Assembly: GCA_964035545.1 (NCBI GenBank)
Contig: OZ037766.1
Span: 32,168,773 to 32,232,772, forward strand
DNA length: 64,000 nucleotides
Direction: 5' to 3'
Origin: Bugula neritina
Taxonomy: Eukaryota; Animalia; Bryozoa
Program-made: the position numbers and the translations under genes
Part shown: one piece after another, positions 14,501 through 28,907 of the stretch
Layout of the letters: every line of letters begins with the position of its first letter
Numbering within the stretch: position 1 is the first letter of the stretch
Notes under the pieces: generated by a model
Databases searched by the model: none
What the model saw: only the letters and a program-made list of their open reading frames with translations
Told to the model about the DNA's origin: nothing

Positions 14501-17500
14501 TTGAAAGTCCTATGCACACAACAAAGGTAAGTAATTGCTAAGGTGATTGCTGCAGAGAGAAATAGTGCAACAGTTATATAATAATTTGATAGTCAACGTA
14601 TTGTACTTGATAGTTGAGATGAAGAAAGCTGTTTCAAGCTTTAAAAAAAAACAGCTTTGCTATTGTACAATGTTATATCTTTACAGAATACACAGCATTC
14701 ATATAACAAATATTTAGATTCTGTAACTTGAAATATAATGAATAACATAATTCCAAAACTGACATTTCAGTATTTTTATTCTTATGCAACAATTTATAAT
14801 TAGGCTAGGCTAATAATTGCTAGTAACTGATTAAACCTGAGGAAAAAATTCGGGGTTGACAACTTCTTGTACTATAAAACTGAACACTAAAACAGAATAA
14901 ACACTTGAATTCTGAGTCTGTATCAATGTGATGAATCACACACCTGTGAAGTTGAGCTGGCATAGATTGTCTCTTATCTGACTTCTTCATATTCTTATTA
15001 GGGGTAGTCTTGTTCCCTCTGTGAAGGGACAGGGAGTCTACAGTGGAGTCACACAATTTTATTGAGGGAAGACAACTCCCACAGAACTAGACTACTCAAA
15101 GGGCAACTGGACACCAGGTTGCAGTAGCTAATTGCTAGAGGCTCAAGAGTTATAGTCAATTATAACTGTAATATGACGGGCAATAATATCTCCTAACTTT
15201 TTAAACAAGTATGAGCTTAATAATATTGTGTTTATGTCAGAGCAACTTTGTGTACAATTTCCTTCGCACTTACAGCTTGAGCTCTAAATATTTTATATAT
15301 AGTCAACTATACGTTTTCAAAAATAATAAATGATGATAAGTTATGACATCATGTTAAAGCTAAATTGGCAATATGTATTGCTTCTGCGTAGTGTATACTA
15401 GGACCATAGATATGATAAATATATATACGTTGTGATGGTAATTCAGATAATGTCAAAAGAAAAATGGTGTAACATACACTGTGGAGTCCTGGATGTGAAA
15501 CTCCTTTTAGGTTTAACTCTGCATTTTGAAGAGGTTTTGAACCTGGATAACCGCTCATCTATGCTTTTAGAGAAGAACTGTGTACTGGGTCTGCCTACAT
15601 CAATATAAAACCATGTAAACTCCTAATCTATATGATGTATAACAACATATTAATATCAAATATGGTTGACTTTCGCCATACTAATAGACAAAGAAGTTTG
15701 AGGATGACGGTAACAGGAATCGGTAATTTTTAACCATTTTAACCAAATTTAGAGATTAATAAAGTAGTAGTAAAATGACTGCTTCACTATCAATCTGAAA
15801 TGGAAATGAAATGTCCCAGGAAAACTTACCTGTTGGCGGAGGTTTAGGTGAGGGTTTCTTTTTGGGGGATGAATCTTCTAAAAGGAACTCTCGTAGCTTC
15901 TTGTCAAAGTCATCAACTATCTTGCCATTCGAAAAATACCCATCTTCACATTTTGATTTGGCAGTTTTCTTTGTAGGCTATAGATATATATTAGAAACAA
16001 TTGATGCAAGATGGACCAACATATTTGTGTTAAGCTTTTTTCCACCAGTAAACTCTATATATATATGTAATTATTTTTAACACACAACTCACCTTTGATT
16101 GCTGAAAGAGCTTTATGTTAGTAAGCATTCCAGTAGGCTGTGTCAAAGACGATAAAGCCGTTGAATTATTTACAGTTTTGACTTGAATGTCTTGTTTTAC
16201 TGTCATAGTTGAGGTCTTTGGCTCAGATAAAGAAACAGTTTCTATCTCTACGGAGTCACTGCTAGGTACGTCAAGTGGAACGGGAGTGACGTCATCAGAG
16301 TGGTTGGGTGGGCCATTACAGCCTGGAGTCGTAGAACCTGAGCTTTTCAAGATCGATTTGATTTTAGTAGATTTTTTGCTGGTGGTAACATCTGGTGTAT
16401 CAAACATAGCTAAAATGGCATTGCCTCTGCTACAGGGTGTCATTGTGTTCAAGTCGTTGTGCATCACAGAACTAGCAAAAGAAACTCGGGCTTTAGAAGG
16501 TGCCAATTTGACTGATTCTACAAGGTTGGCAATATTCTTTTTATTTTCCACAGCAGATGGTGCAGATTTTGTTCTCTTTCTTTTAGATTCAGGAGCAGAT
16601 CGATTAGTGGGTAAATTAGAGAATATTGGAAGTGATTTAGTTCTAGACCTTGTTACTCTAATTGGCAGAGAATCATCCATTTGTTTAGTATTCAAAGCAG
16701 ATTTGCTATTGTGACCAGTCAGCTGACTTCTTGTTTCATTAGATTGAGAAATTGGGGAAGTTACCAGTTTCCTATCAGAAGAACCAGCGAAAGAATCAAC
16801 TTTATCACTTATAGAACCTATGAGTGGAGGAGACTTTACTGCAGTAGGCGCCTGCACCTGACACAGATTTGTCTCCGGAGGGGTTTGGGTTTCAGATACA
16901 ACTGAGAGCGATTCATCAGAACTTGCAGCATTACTATTAACATAGTTTATGTTTTTACCAGTAACACAAGGTGACTGAGAAATAAACCTTTTATCCGTCC
17001 AGGCACCAGGTTTGGGTTTAAAATTAGCTTCAAGAATAGAGTTTGCTTTCTCAAATTGAGACAAATCTTCAGTAACATTTGGCGGCTTTGTAGGTGATTT
17101 TAAGTTATGGCATTTGATATTGCTAGATGAGACATTATCTGCCGGTTTAATTTGCTGTTCTTCACACAGTTGTTCTTTCTGTATAGGCTTGAGCTTATCT
17201 TGGCTGCCAGTTTCCTCTAAGCTGGTATCACTTCTCTGAAAAGCATCTAAGAATGAAACAGAAAAGCTGCTTCCCCGACTGCTAGGTAGTCTTTTTTGGC
17301 TAATAAATGATACACTTGGACTCTCAAGATGAGCAGACGATGCACTGCTTTCCGCAACAGCAGGAAGTGCTTTTGACTTTGGCAATATATTTGAATGTTC
17401 AGCATTGCAAGCATTTTGATGACTAACTGACATTGCTAACTCTGTTTGTTTTACTTGATCAGATAGTTTCAATTGCAAATTGACAGTATTATCAAGGTTT

Positions 17501-20500
17501 GTTGAATTAGAAGAATTTTGCTCCACTTCTTTTTCAATAGTGTTTTGAGAATTTCCTAGGGTTTCAAAAAATGAGTTATCACCTTTAATAGGTAAACAGT
17601 TGATCATCTTCCGACTACTTATACGTTTAGTTGGAAATTCATTATCTGAAACAATTGTGGAAGTGTTTTTTAATTTTTTACTGATGGGCTTCTCATTTTT
17701 AGCATTTTCAGAAGCTACAGCTTCACCTTCAATGCTGAGTGCAGATGGCAGCCTTTTAACTGACAAATCAATTGGTGCATTTTTTACGCCACATACATTC
17801 TGAGAAGATTCTATGTGCTGGGAATGAGAAATGTTAGGGTCCATACTGTTTTCCAATTTTTCCATTACTTTTATAGTAGAATGTTCTGGAACACATAAAA
17901 TTTTGGCACTGTTATTTTCAGTAGGCAAGCCATCAGGCTTAACAGAAGGAGAATCCTCGCTATAAACTGTATCAAGAGATGAATTAAAATCATCAGCTTG
18001 AACATAGATAGCATTTGGCTCAGTTGGAGTTGAAGCAACGGATGTGGTAGGAACTTTACTGGAAGTTTCTGATGGCTCTTGTAATGCGTATCTAGCTTTG
18101 AAAGAATTGTTTCTAGCATTCACAATGCCTTGGTCCGTAACAGGCTTGCGTAAACTATTGTCTCCTTTCAAACCAGGTTTGTCAGCCAGTTTTTTAGAGC
18201 TATTGGTCAAACTATTTCCAAGTTGTTTAATGTTCCTCAAGCTATCATCATCATTATTCGAACTGCTGTACCCTGAGCCATTTGTATGATCGACAGAATC
18301 GGCTAACTTGCTTGATTGATTTGAAGGATTTTGTACGAAATTTGTATTTTCTTGCCATTTTCCAACTTCGGTACTTTCTGCCGAGCTTTTTTCAACTGTG
18401 AAAGTGATGTTCCTTGTGTTTTTGCTTATGGTTGTTGAACCATGCTGGTGAAATTCTGTCGATTGATGTGTTTTGTTCTGCACAACTGGTCTTTTCTGAT
18501 GAGCTGCATGCTTTTTACTACTAACTTTACTTTGTTTAATACATGTTTGTTTTCCATTTTCTACATTTTGTGCAATAACTTCTTTATACGCATTCTCTTC
18601 ACATTGTTCAACAACTTTTTTTGAGCCAATGGGTGAATTTTGCTGAATTACTTTTAAATTATCTTCTTGCACATGCTCCACGTGCTGATCCGTTTTGCTA
18701 TGTTTTATTGTCTTAGTGCATTTTGTCTTGCTACGCTGTTTTAAATACACATGCTTTTCTGTTTCTTGAAGTTGATTGGTAGCTTCATTTTCTTTGAAAC
18801 TCATCTCCAGTTTGTGTGAACTATTCCGCTGAGTAGCTATTCTCTGTTCTTCATTTGCATCTACTTTCCTGTTGGTTTCTAACGATGCTAAACGTTGAGC
18901 CCTAGAACTAACAGAAGAAGATCTTTGTTTAAACACTCTCTGCTTTTCCCATGGTAACTCTGACAATGTTTTCGTAGTTTTAGATGCTTTAGATCCTGTT
19001 TGGGACTTGTTGAGCAAGTCCTTATTTGAAACCAAACTATGATCATTTAATTGGTTTGTATTACAATTGATATGATGCTCAATAGAAGTTATTGATTCAT
19101 TTATTGGTGCATTTAATGCAGAATCTTTAGATGCAGAGATTGGAGCATCATTCTCTTTTTGGCGAGTGTTTTGCTGAGCAGACAAGCTTAAACTGGACTC
19201 TAATGCAGATAACATATTGCATGTTTTCCCTCTTTTTAGTATAGGGGTGACAGCTGGAGAAATAGAACACTGCTCTGTCTTGTTGGACTTCAAGAAATTA
19301 CTTCGATTCGGACATGGTGTTGAATGAGATCTAGATGTTCTTTCATTACTGCAGCCACCGAATGAAGCATTTAGTTTGGATTTTTGCTTAGACATAGGCA
19401 ATGATGGCTGCTCTACATTTGGTCCAGGCTGAACTTCATTCGAACTTTTAGATTTCTGTAAATCAGCACTATACAGATTTTGTGAAAATTTGGCTACAAG
19501 AGACGTTTTATTTTCCAAGTGATTCATTTTGACAATTTTTGATAAGGCATTTGCAGAGGCTTGCCTACGAGAACGCCTCACTATGACAGGCTTACTTTGA
19601 TCTGCAGGACTTTGATTTTCGCTTCCTTTATTTTGTACATTTAAAGGGTTGACTACACATTTCGATGCTAATCTTTTTGTCTCCTCTCTCCACATATTTT
19701 GTGATTGATTGATGTTGCAACTGCCACCAAATTCTACAGAATTGTTCAATACTTGCAGTTTTTGAGGAGAACTGACCTGCTCCAACTGCTGGCCATCTAG
19801 GTCATCTTCAAGTGAAGAAATGTCTAAACCCAAACATATTCGCTCACTAGAATGGCTAGTAATCTCTGCTTCAGCTGCTTTTGTCTCACTAATTCTATTC
19901 TGATTATCGACTTCACAAAGCTGCACTGCAGCATCTTCTGTGAGGACATCAACTTCAGCCGTTCCCACGACATTACAGGGTATTGTGGCTTCGACTTCAT
20001 TGTCAATACTGTTTACTTGATTTTCATCAACGCACTCATCATCTGCTAATGTTTCTACATTATTTTTGGAAACAGTTGCAGCTGAATCATTTTCAAGCTC
20101 TAGCATCTGTCTGATAGAACGTGAAGGGGTGGGAGTAGCTGAACCAAGCATGAAGTTTGATATCTTACTAGGAGGGGTACCCCGTGCCTCTCCTCCTTCT
20201 GAAGTAAGACAAGCATATAGAATAGTATGCTAAGTAGTATGTAGCATAGTATAGTATGTAGTATATTATGCAGTACATGCTATATTGTATCAGAGCCTGA
20301 CTGCAAGTATGTTGGTAGACAAATCTTAGCCAGAAGTACAACAAAACCCTAGAAAGTAGTTTAGTTGGCGCGTGTTTCTCATGTATTTGAAACACATTTA
20401 CAATTTATGCTTCTGCCATGATATGCCTTAACATGCAAAATACAATCACATGCATGAAAATTAAGCTATATAAATATATTTTTCTTGCTGTTATAGCACT

Positions 20501-23500
20501 TTTAGAACTATATCTTTAATTCTGTGGCCATAGAACTTCTGGTGGACATTTTAGTAGTAGACAATCAGTTAAACGATAAAAAGTACCTTCTTACAGGCAA
20601 GCGTTAAAAGGTAGTGTATAGTATACGAACAAAAGTGATGAACAACGTAACATATAGAGAAAGAAAATCTCACCTCCAGCCCCACACTCTGTGGATGACT
20701 CTGGGGGACTTTCTTCAATAATCATTCTCCGACATATTTGCCTCCTTTTGGAATCTGCTTTAAAAACAAACTAGGTTATGATAAAACAATCCTAGCTGAA
20801 GTTACGTAACTTTATTAAGTATATGAAAAGATTGAAAGATAAAATATGATTTTTAACATTATATTCATATTATTATCTCTGCATTACCAACACATATAAA
20901 TCCATGACCTGCAATTTAGTTGTTAATGGATATTTTAACTGGCTGTGTTTTTTTACGTTGTTCGTTTGGCTAACAGCACTGGTCACAACGCATTATAGAA
21001 ACTGCTCATACACTGTTGTATTTTCACACAGACTGAGTTAAAGAGCAACAACTCCTTACCTAGATTAGATTTTGAAATCCTTGCAGCATGTGATGATAAC
21101 TCTTCTGATTCACTGGCTGCAACATGAATTGAATACTTTGTGAGGGAAAAGAAAATTACCAATCAGAGAGAAGAATTCTCAGCTTAGTTAAATCAGATCT
21201 TCATTTAAGTTATTCAACTTAATAAACAGGTACTATAGATTTGCCAGGTAAGCTTTTTAATAAGTTAACGGTGAGGGCAAACAAACACTTGGAGAGAGGA
21301 AAGTGACACACAATTACTACAGAAAATCTTTCCTCAAGTGAAGATGATATGGAGGAGAATTTTCTAGACTGTGCCATCTCAAACTGGAGCACATGTCTGA
21401 GGCAGTTAAAACAGCACTTACAGCTGCTTGTGTTAATTCTCCCAATACATCTCCTCTGTCCTTTTGTTCTCCAAGACTTTGACTTCAGTAAGGCCTTCTT
21501 TCTTCGCTTACGACTAACTCTCTGTATCCCTTGAGTGTCGTCACCTTCAACCATTCAACAACTCATATATAAGGTTTTAAATAAATACGTCTAGAATTAT
21601 GTACACTCACATGCAAACACACGAGTACGCACAAACACAAGTACACACATGCACATACACACATTAGTACTTTACATTAAGTCCAGTAACAGCCTCAAAA
21701 ACTTACTGCTAGAAATTAGCCTGCCTTTATATTTCCTACTATGCCTTGTTTGTCTTTGCACTGAAACATAATCATATTATATTAGATGATATTGTATTAC
21801 CCAATATTTTATAACATTATATTATATTGTAAAACATTATATTATATTGTATAACAATACACAATATTTTATAACATTATATTATATTGTATAATAGTGC
21901 ATAATGTTGTATTATGCAAGTGTTACATCATGATATATTATGCAATATAAAATATTCTATGTCATGATAATGTATAACAGTGCATGAGATGACAAAAAGT
22001 TACAAAATTAAACTATATTATGAATACAAGGTTAAATATACTATAGTATAATACAAAAAATATGTTATATTATATTATAGAATATTATATCATACAATCT
22101 TGTGTAGTAACTATAGTGTATTACAACTGCATCTTATATACAAACTACTTTATTATATTATAAAATATTTAACAATACAATATATTATATTATACAGTAT
22201 TGTTATTATGCTACATATTACAAGCATCTTATGTGCTGTTAGAACATAACCAGATATCTAGTGCTGTTAGAAGCATCAAGTTCAAGTTATATATAAGGAA
22301 GGCATATATTTACCCAAAGGAGAAGACAAGTCTGACAAAGAGGAGTCTATGACTGGCTGTTCTACTAGAGAAGCAACTGCAACACAACAACAAGATGTTA
22401 AGGTAATATGAGGGGGTAGGGGAAGGTGGCTACCAGAGGGAGAGAGTGAAACAACTCCGTACATCATATGCTGGGAATAACCTTGACTAAAAGTTGAAAC
22501 ACTACCAGCTGAAATGCACATATAGCAACATTGCACACAGCTTTAAGGAAAATAGATTATGTAAACTAAATAGCAATGGCAGATTACAGGGGAGTGAGGA
22601 GATATGCAAAAATAGGAGTAATGATTAGTAGGTGAAGACCAGAAGGCAAGGCTAACAGAGGTGTGGCTTAGACAGGTGTGGCTAAGAGAGGCGTGGCTAG
22701 AAGAGGTGTGTCTAAGAGAGGCGTGGTTATAAGAGGTGTGGCTAGAAGAGGCTTAGCAGAGGCGTGGCTAAGTATGAAGTAAGACGCACAACCTCTGGAA
22801 GTCTGCAACATCTGTAACTCCATTTCTCTGATCTCCTCAAGAGCTGTCTCCATAGTCATGTGACCTTCCACAGGTGCTACGGGGCTGATGGGCGGAGTCA
22901 TCTCATTCACTTCCTGTGTAGCCCTAGTATCCTCGCCATAACCCTGACCGTTCTCGTTGTTAAGATACTCGGCTATATGAGGACTCGCGTCCTTCAGCAA
23001 CTTCTCACCAATAGTGAGGGAGACCCTGTCAGCCACCGGGTCAGGGGAGTCAACTACAAACCGGCATGTGATTGGCTTACAGAGACATGAGTGTGTAGTC
23101 ATGGCAACAAGAAAGCATCAACAACTTCACTACCTCTAGACTGGAAAGTATTTGCACGAACTAACCTGCTTCTAGCCCATTCAGCTCCACCTGTATTCTG
23201 GTGTCAGTTTGCACTGATTCTCTCACCACCCTGTCTGTGTGCTGCCCTCCATCTGCCTTCTCCAGCATCTGTATGCTGTCTCTACTCACCAGCAGCATGT
23301 CCCTCGTGCTGAATCGCATCCTATTGGCTGACCAGCTGAAACAGGGAGTCGGAGACAAATTTATATTCAGATAGAAGCACTACATCGACTTGTGGCCAGA
23401 CAATGCTGATATACTAGAGGCTTCTAGCTAGTATACATATATAGTTATTATATACTTTTAGCTAGTATATATAGTTAAATTCTACACATTATATGTGATT

Positions 23501-26500
23501 TTAGGTAAAGATGGCACAGGTAATAATCGCACAAGTAGAAAAGTAGGTAAAATAGCACACAAATGCTAAATTTTCCCGAACCACAGGCCCTAATATTGAA
23601 ATGGGCCATTATTACAGGACACTGTAATTTGTATTGCAATACTTACTAATACCATTGTATTGTGTATAATATAGTGTGTAGGTGTCCGATGTCACCCAAG
23701 GTATAAGATGGGTTACAACTCTGGTAGCACAGAAATGGTGAACATACAACCGGGTGTATAATAAACCATGTCAACATAAGATAATACAACACCTCAGCAG
23801 CTAAGAGCTGATGGCAGAGGTCCAGGTAGACTAGACAACTCACCAGATCTGTGGCTCTGCACGCTGTTGAGTGTGGTGAACGTCTCTCTGGTCAGATACT
23901 TCTCGGTTAAAGTCCTGCAGAAGGAAGGGACTTTTGCACGTGTAGACGGCCCTGACAGGCATCAGCTTGTGTGTGAGTGGGACAATGTCTGTCTCCACGT
24001 GCTCAGTGTCTGCAGGTGCTAACTCAGCACAATTTCTGATGACATCACAGCTGCGTTTGGTGACATCATCATCATATACCGTCGATTGAGTAGATCTACT
24101 TCCATCTGCTTTTAGTTTAACAAGTTGACAGTTATTTGGCTGATTGAAATCAGAAATATTCATTATATGCTGCAACTATCAAAACAAAGTTAGAGAAATC
24201 TTCACCTATTGATGCACGTTATATTTCATACAATTATTATAGGTCAACATACAATTTCCCAAAGCAGCACTGAATAGACTATATAAGAGAAAGGGAAGTT
24301 AAAACCCACCCAAGTGAGAAGGGAAGTGATTGCTGTCACCATAGACAGTAGACTCGACAGCTGAGGAGGGATCTGAAAGGTAATAACAGTTTTATAAATG
24401 CATAACACAAGACATTTTTGTTATATTATATCTCAGTGTCCCAGAAAGAAAACATGAAAAACTATATGTTCATTATTCTTGAGAATATGCAAATGTTTTA
24501 CAGAAATTGTGGGAAAAGTGATCCAAAATGAACATTCAGCAAAGCTATTACAACACAGGATGAGTTGGTGGAAGTGAAGTTAACAGACCTTCTCTGGTGT
24601 AGGCTGACTCGTTGGTCTCTCCGAGTAACAGACTGTCAGGTGGATGACACTCGACGGTTTCGTTTGTAGAGGTCTGCTCCACCACTGTGTGGTATGAAGT
24701 ATATCCACTGGTCATATGACTCCCAGTGTTCTCATTTCTCAAATTAGAAATGTTCGGAATAGAAGCAGTGCCGTCATATACTGTGCTAGTATAGCTCTGC
24801 TGAGATGCAGCTAGATTTTGCATGCTAGAGGTAAGATTGTCATTCTGTGTATCACTAGTTTTGTTATTGCATTGCGTTTCCATGGTTCTATTAGTATACT
24901 GCGTATCCATGGTAACATTAGTAGTACACTGTGTATCCATAGTAACATTAGTAGTATACTGGGTATCCATGGTAACGTTAGTAGTACACTGCGTATCCAT
25001 GATGGTGACATTATTAGTATACTGCGTATCCATGGTAACATTAGTATACTGCGTATCCATGGTAACATTAGTATGTTGGGTGTTTGTAGTAACATCAACA
25101 TGTTGTGTATTGTTAGTATTGCTAGAAAACTCCTCCACTGTATTCTCAGAGAGCTCACTTTCTTGCTCTGTGGCCGACGCATGTGTGCTTCCATATGTAG
25201 TCTCTGGTAGACAGTCTACTCCAGACACGCATGACTCATCACCTGCGGAGTATGACTCATAACTTACAGAACACGACTCATAACTTACAGAATATGACTC
25301 ATTACATGCAAATTGTTAAAGTGTGAAATGTACTAGAAAATTGTGTCAACTATGATACACTACAATAAAACATGTATTTTGTACATTGCAAACATAGTTT
25401 TGTTCATTACTCAACTTAAATTTTATAAAAAAATTGAATTAGGTTTAACACATCATGTCTTAGTTTAAACTATTTTATGGGGGAACTAATAAAGTACAAA
25501 GAGTTAAAACCTACAAGATATTCTACATTTACAATCTGTTGGGCAATACCATAGCCATTTTCAGACTAAAAAAGCTATAGAAATGAAATATTTATGCCAC
25601 ACAAATTGTGCCATGCTACTGTAACAAAACACATAAGTGCTTATTTGAAAGCTTTTATCTAGCTTTAAAATGTGCAATGCAGATACTATTCCTTGCCTTT
25701 AGATATCTATAGATAGTGTGGGACTGAGATGTTTAACTGCTTACATTTGATAGTTTTAGCATAAGTACTGGCAGTTCTGGTACTAGCTGGGTAGTCTGTA
25801 CAGTCATACTGGCCATCTCTGGCAGGGGTTGCAGGGAACACTAGAAAAGACCACCACATGAGTGCAGCCAACATTTATAGTTAAAAATAGTAAATGAAAC
25901 TTTAAAAAATAAGCTTGTGAAAATCCACTGCAGCTATGAATTCTCAGAAAAATATATATACACTATGTTAATAAATAAACCAAAATCTGTTTTTAAAGTT
26001 AGCAAATTTATTTTAAAATAACAAAATGACAATATTTGACTGGGCTAAAAGTTTTGCAACAATAAAAGCATCCTACAATATCTATTAACAAGTTTAATTA
26101 AATTTCATCAAAACAGCATTCATTCCAATTTGGGAATGAATGCTGGGCATTCTACACAGGCATTCTAATACAGTTTCTATAGCAAAGTTTATTGTATAAC
26201 ATAAAATAGGAAGGGAATTGTTTACCTAAGGAGCTGCTATCAGTAGAAAGGTTTTCTTGACAATTCTCAGACTGCAAGATAATTCTATAGTATATCAGGG
26301 AAGAAATATCTTAAATTTATATTCACTAAATATTGACAAGATGTAGTAAATGTAATGTATTATGTATAAGACAATTATCCTAGCTCAATCACATGTATCA
26401 AATTAATATGACTCTTGATATAAATTTTATTAAGCTGAGAACAATAAAACAACTTTACAAACTAGTAAATATTCAAGTACAAGAAGCAGTGAGTTAAATC

Positions 26501-27500
26501 TGTCACTAAACCACTGCAGTGGAAGCTGTGAACTTGGTACCTGCAACAGAAGAGGTGATTTACAGGTGAAAGTGGGTCTCCAGTTAGCATGCAGCAGGTG
26601 ATGGTCAAGTGATAGCAGATGATGGTCAGGTGCAGCTTGGTGTGCATTGAGGAGGCTTTCTGTGGCAGTGATGTGGGGTATGAGAGGGTCCTGGGAGTAA
26701 GCTACGCTCTGTGAGTGTACGTTATCATAACTACAATATCATATGATAACTACAATATCATATCATAGCTACAATGTCATGTCATAGCTAGAGTATCATA
26801 TCATAGATGTGGGATTACAAACTTCTGTCTCAACTTGCTTGCATAGTTGAAATCCAATGAAGGCAGTATTTTTTATTATGCACTATTTTATTGTTAAACA
26901 GCACTATTCGAAATTTCTCTAGCTGATCCTTATTCATAACTACCTCAAACATTAAAGTTTATCAGGACAAAGCTACAATATGTATCAAATAAGGGAAAAT
27001 AATTTCTGATTATTTACAGTAAAATGGTGTGCAACATATACCCAAAACACTAAATGTTATTGCATGATTTGTAACAAATGTTCAAGTATCAACAGTTAAC
27101 AGGGGTAGTTGGTGGCAAGCATTTTCTAATTAATGGCTATAGGTATCAGAGGTATCTATAGTAGTTTGATAACTTTAAACAGTGTAAAGTGTGAGACTAC
27201 AGAAGTGTACGGCAGCATACGTAGTAGAAAAGTGCTCCTCTATAGATTGATATTCTTCAGAATTAACGCCATATCTCTGGCAGAGTAAAGGAGTTGAGGC
27301 TGTGAAGCATTGCCTGTTAGATTGACTGATCACTGGACTAGCATAGTGTGTTTCTACAGAAAGAGAAAAACATCTCACGGTCAAGAATAAACAATGAAAC
27401 AGAAATTTATTAAAACATCTGATGTCTACTTAACAAACTAAAGTTGAATTTTGTAAAGGTTTAATAAGCTCTCACCTTGTGCTTTACCAGACATATCCAT
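8560..27500 (-). CDS. Large (~2,550 aa, ~25 coding exons) intrinsically disordered S/T/K/N-rich protein, family unrecognised; probably nuclear
   Basis: ATG at 27500. Phase-consistent GT-AG exons include 27476-27500, 27221-27353, 26541-26730, ~26226-26271, ~25745-25841, ~24588-25241, ~24308-24372, ~23844-24105, ~23166-23335, ~22793-23052, ~22313-22509, ~21707-21760, ~21421-21544, ~21060-21116, ~20674-20757, 16093-20198 (4.1 kb), ~15830-15977, ~15478-15594, ~14944-15037, 14149-14320, ~10720-10819, ~10507-10566, ~10054-10266, ~9597-9750 and 8560-8629 (ends ...RKLATPGKIRDMLSSLNHFQLEL*). NLS-like RKRRKK and many S/T-P sites. Confidence 0.8.
9352..9462. repeat. 28-bp minisatellite (gagcttcaccttggtataagttatgact) x4
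   Basis: Near-perfect tandem copies in the last intron of the large gene. Confidence 0.9.
10838..12408. repeat. 25-bp minisatellite (accactgcaagcatagcaatata(c/t)t), ~60 copies
   Basis: 1.57-kb homogeneous array abutting the acceptor of exon ~10720-10819. Confidence 0.97.
13158..13503. mobile_element. MITE (non-autonomous DNA transposon), 346 bp
   Basis: ~71-bp terminal inverted repeats (AGCCTAGGGCCACACGGTGCGTATTTTCGCATG...GGTGTCCACTGT) with one mismatch; flanked by TA on both sides; no coding capacity. Confidence 0.9.
13948..14141. repeat. 22-bp minisatellite (tacttatgttagtacagagtaa) x9
   Basis: Begins a few bp after the donor at 14148; each unit reads TACTAAC on the transcribed (-) strand. 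Confidence 0.92.
22655..22772. repeat. 15-bp minisatellite (aagagg(c/t)gtggctag-like)
   Basis: Degenerate copies just past the donor at ~22792; produces the PLLAT tail of the ORF-track protein. Confidence 0.8.
23496..23620. mobile_element. Degenerate copy of a short dispersed repeat (same family as 39796-40010)
   Basis: Shares tgattttagg...atggcacaggtaataa...aaagtaggta with the copy near 39800 and has the inverted gccattattac end motif. Confidence 0.55.
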
Positions 27501-28329
27501 ACTGGAATATCAGAAACACTCTGAATTCAATAATCACATTTATCCTAGTCGAACTGTAAATTGACATATCACATATAAGAGTATTATACATGTTATAGCA
27601 GTGGTAGATCATATAATTAAGCAACACTATGTTATGCAAATTGAAATCGAAAGCCCCGAGACTTTTTAAATAATTTTTTATTCATACATGATTAATGTTA
27701 TTATAGTTTAAATTTGGCTTAACAGTGATAGTGTTTTAACCTATTAGTCATTAGTTAGAGTTATAGTCATTAGTTGCTTATAATCACACTGGGCAGTTTT
27801 TTTGTCACTAATAATGATACCCATTGACATATTGATATTAATGTTACATTAATAGTAAATATAATATTAATAATAATACTAATACTAATAGTAATACCAC
27901 AGGCACATGTCTTAATATACTAGCTAGAGTAAAATTACGTGCAAGTATTTATAGCATACCCACATATACTTATAGTGACCATGATTGTGAAACTCATATG
28001 ATTATCGATACTCATACTGTGTTTATCAATCACTGTCATATAATTATATTAAGATCTATAACTCATATATTATAAGTATAAGTAATAAAATTAAATTAAT
28101 TTGAATCCCAATTTGAATTAGTCAATTACTAAGAGTTCCAAAATGAAATATTGAAATGATAAATATTAAATGATGGGATATTGATACATATGTCATTAAA
28201 ATAGTTAAAGTAAAATTGAAAATTACTCAAAGTCAAACTCCGTGACATTTATTGATTTAACATTGAGTTTCAGTTTGGGGTAGAATTAGATGGAAACTGA
28301 AAGTGAAAATCAAAATGAATGAGTCACCG

Positions 28330-28907
28330 TTAGCTATACTTTGTTCAAATGATTTCCGGTTTTAACTAAAGCCAGACACCATGACTATATATTAAAACTT
28401 TTGAACATAGTAAAATTTTCAGAAAATCACAAAGCTCAATTTATCATGTTGGTTAGATAAGCGACTTTTATTGGAGTTTAAAACACCGTTTTATTTTTCT
28501 AAGATGAAGTTGCCAACAGCAGACGAGAGATCGAGATTATTTGGCCTTGCTTTTTCAAATAAGGTTGAATAAAGCCAATCCCAGAGTTTAATCTAAAGAA
28601 ACATAATTTCATAACAACAAAGACGCAAAGGCTAAAATTATAGCCAAACACGATGCTTTATTTTTCGGAAAAACTACTTAATTAAACCGAATTTATTTAC
28701 AGGTATCGAACAAGATATCTAAATTACTTCTATTGATATGACAGAGTGCGCAGTACTAACATAGAAGAGTACAATGCGGATGTGACGAAAGGTGTTACTA
28801 TAAACAACGAAACTTATTTGCCATTCAATCATCAATGCAAGTTGAACTAACGCTTTACAGCATCAGAGTCATTTTCATTCTGTCGTGTGATAATTTTTTT
28901 TTAAAAG
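28330..28907. promoter_or_regulatory. Putative bidirectional promoter between the large disordered-protein gene (-) and CFAP97 (+)
   Basis: Divergent gene starts 1.4 kb apart; likely 5'UTR donor on - at ~28327; locally more CpG; CCAAT at ~28575; TTTGAA (CHR-like) on - near 28345 and 28555; weak X-box-like GTTACTATAAACAAC at 28794-28808. Confidence 0.5.

Noticed and set aside
8560-27500. Naming the large gene RIF1, KNL1, shugoshin, TICRR or PRR14
   Set aside because: Only short motifs match; the defining domains (HEAT, MELT/RWD, SGO coiled coil, vWA, Tantalus) were not seen.
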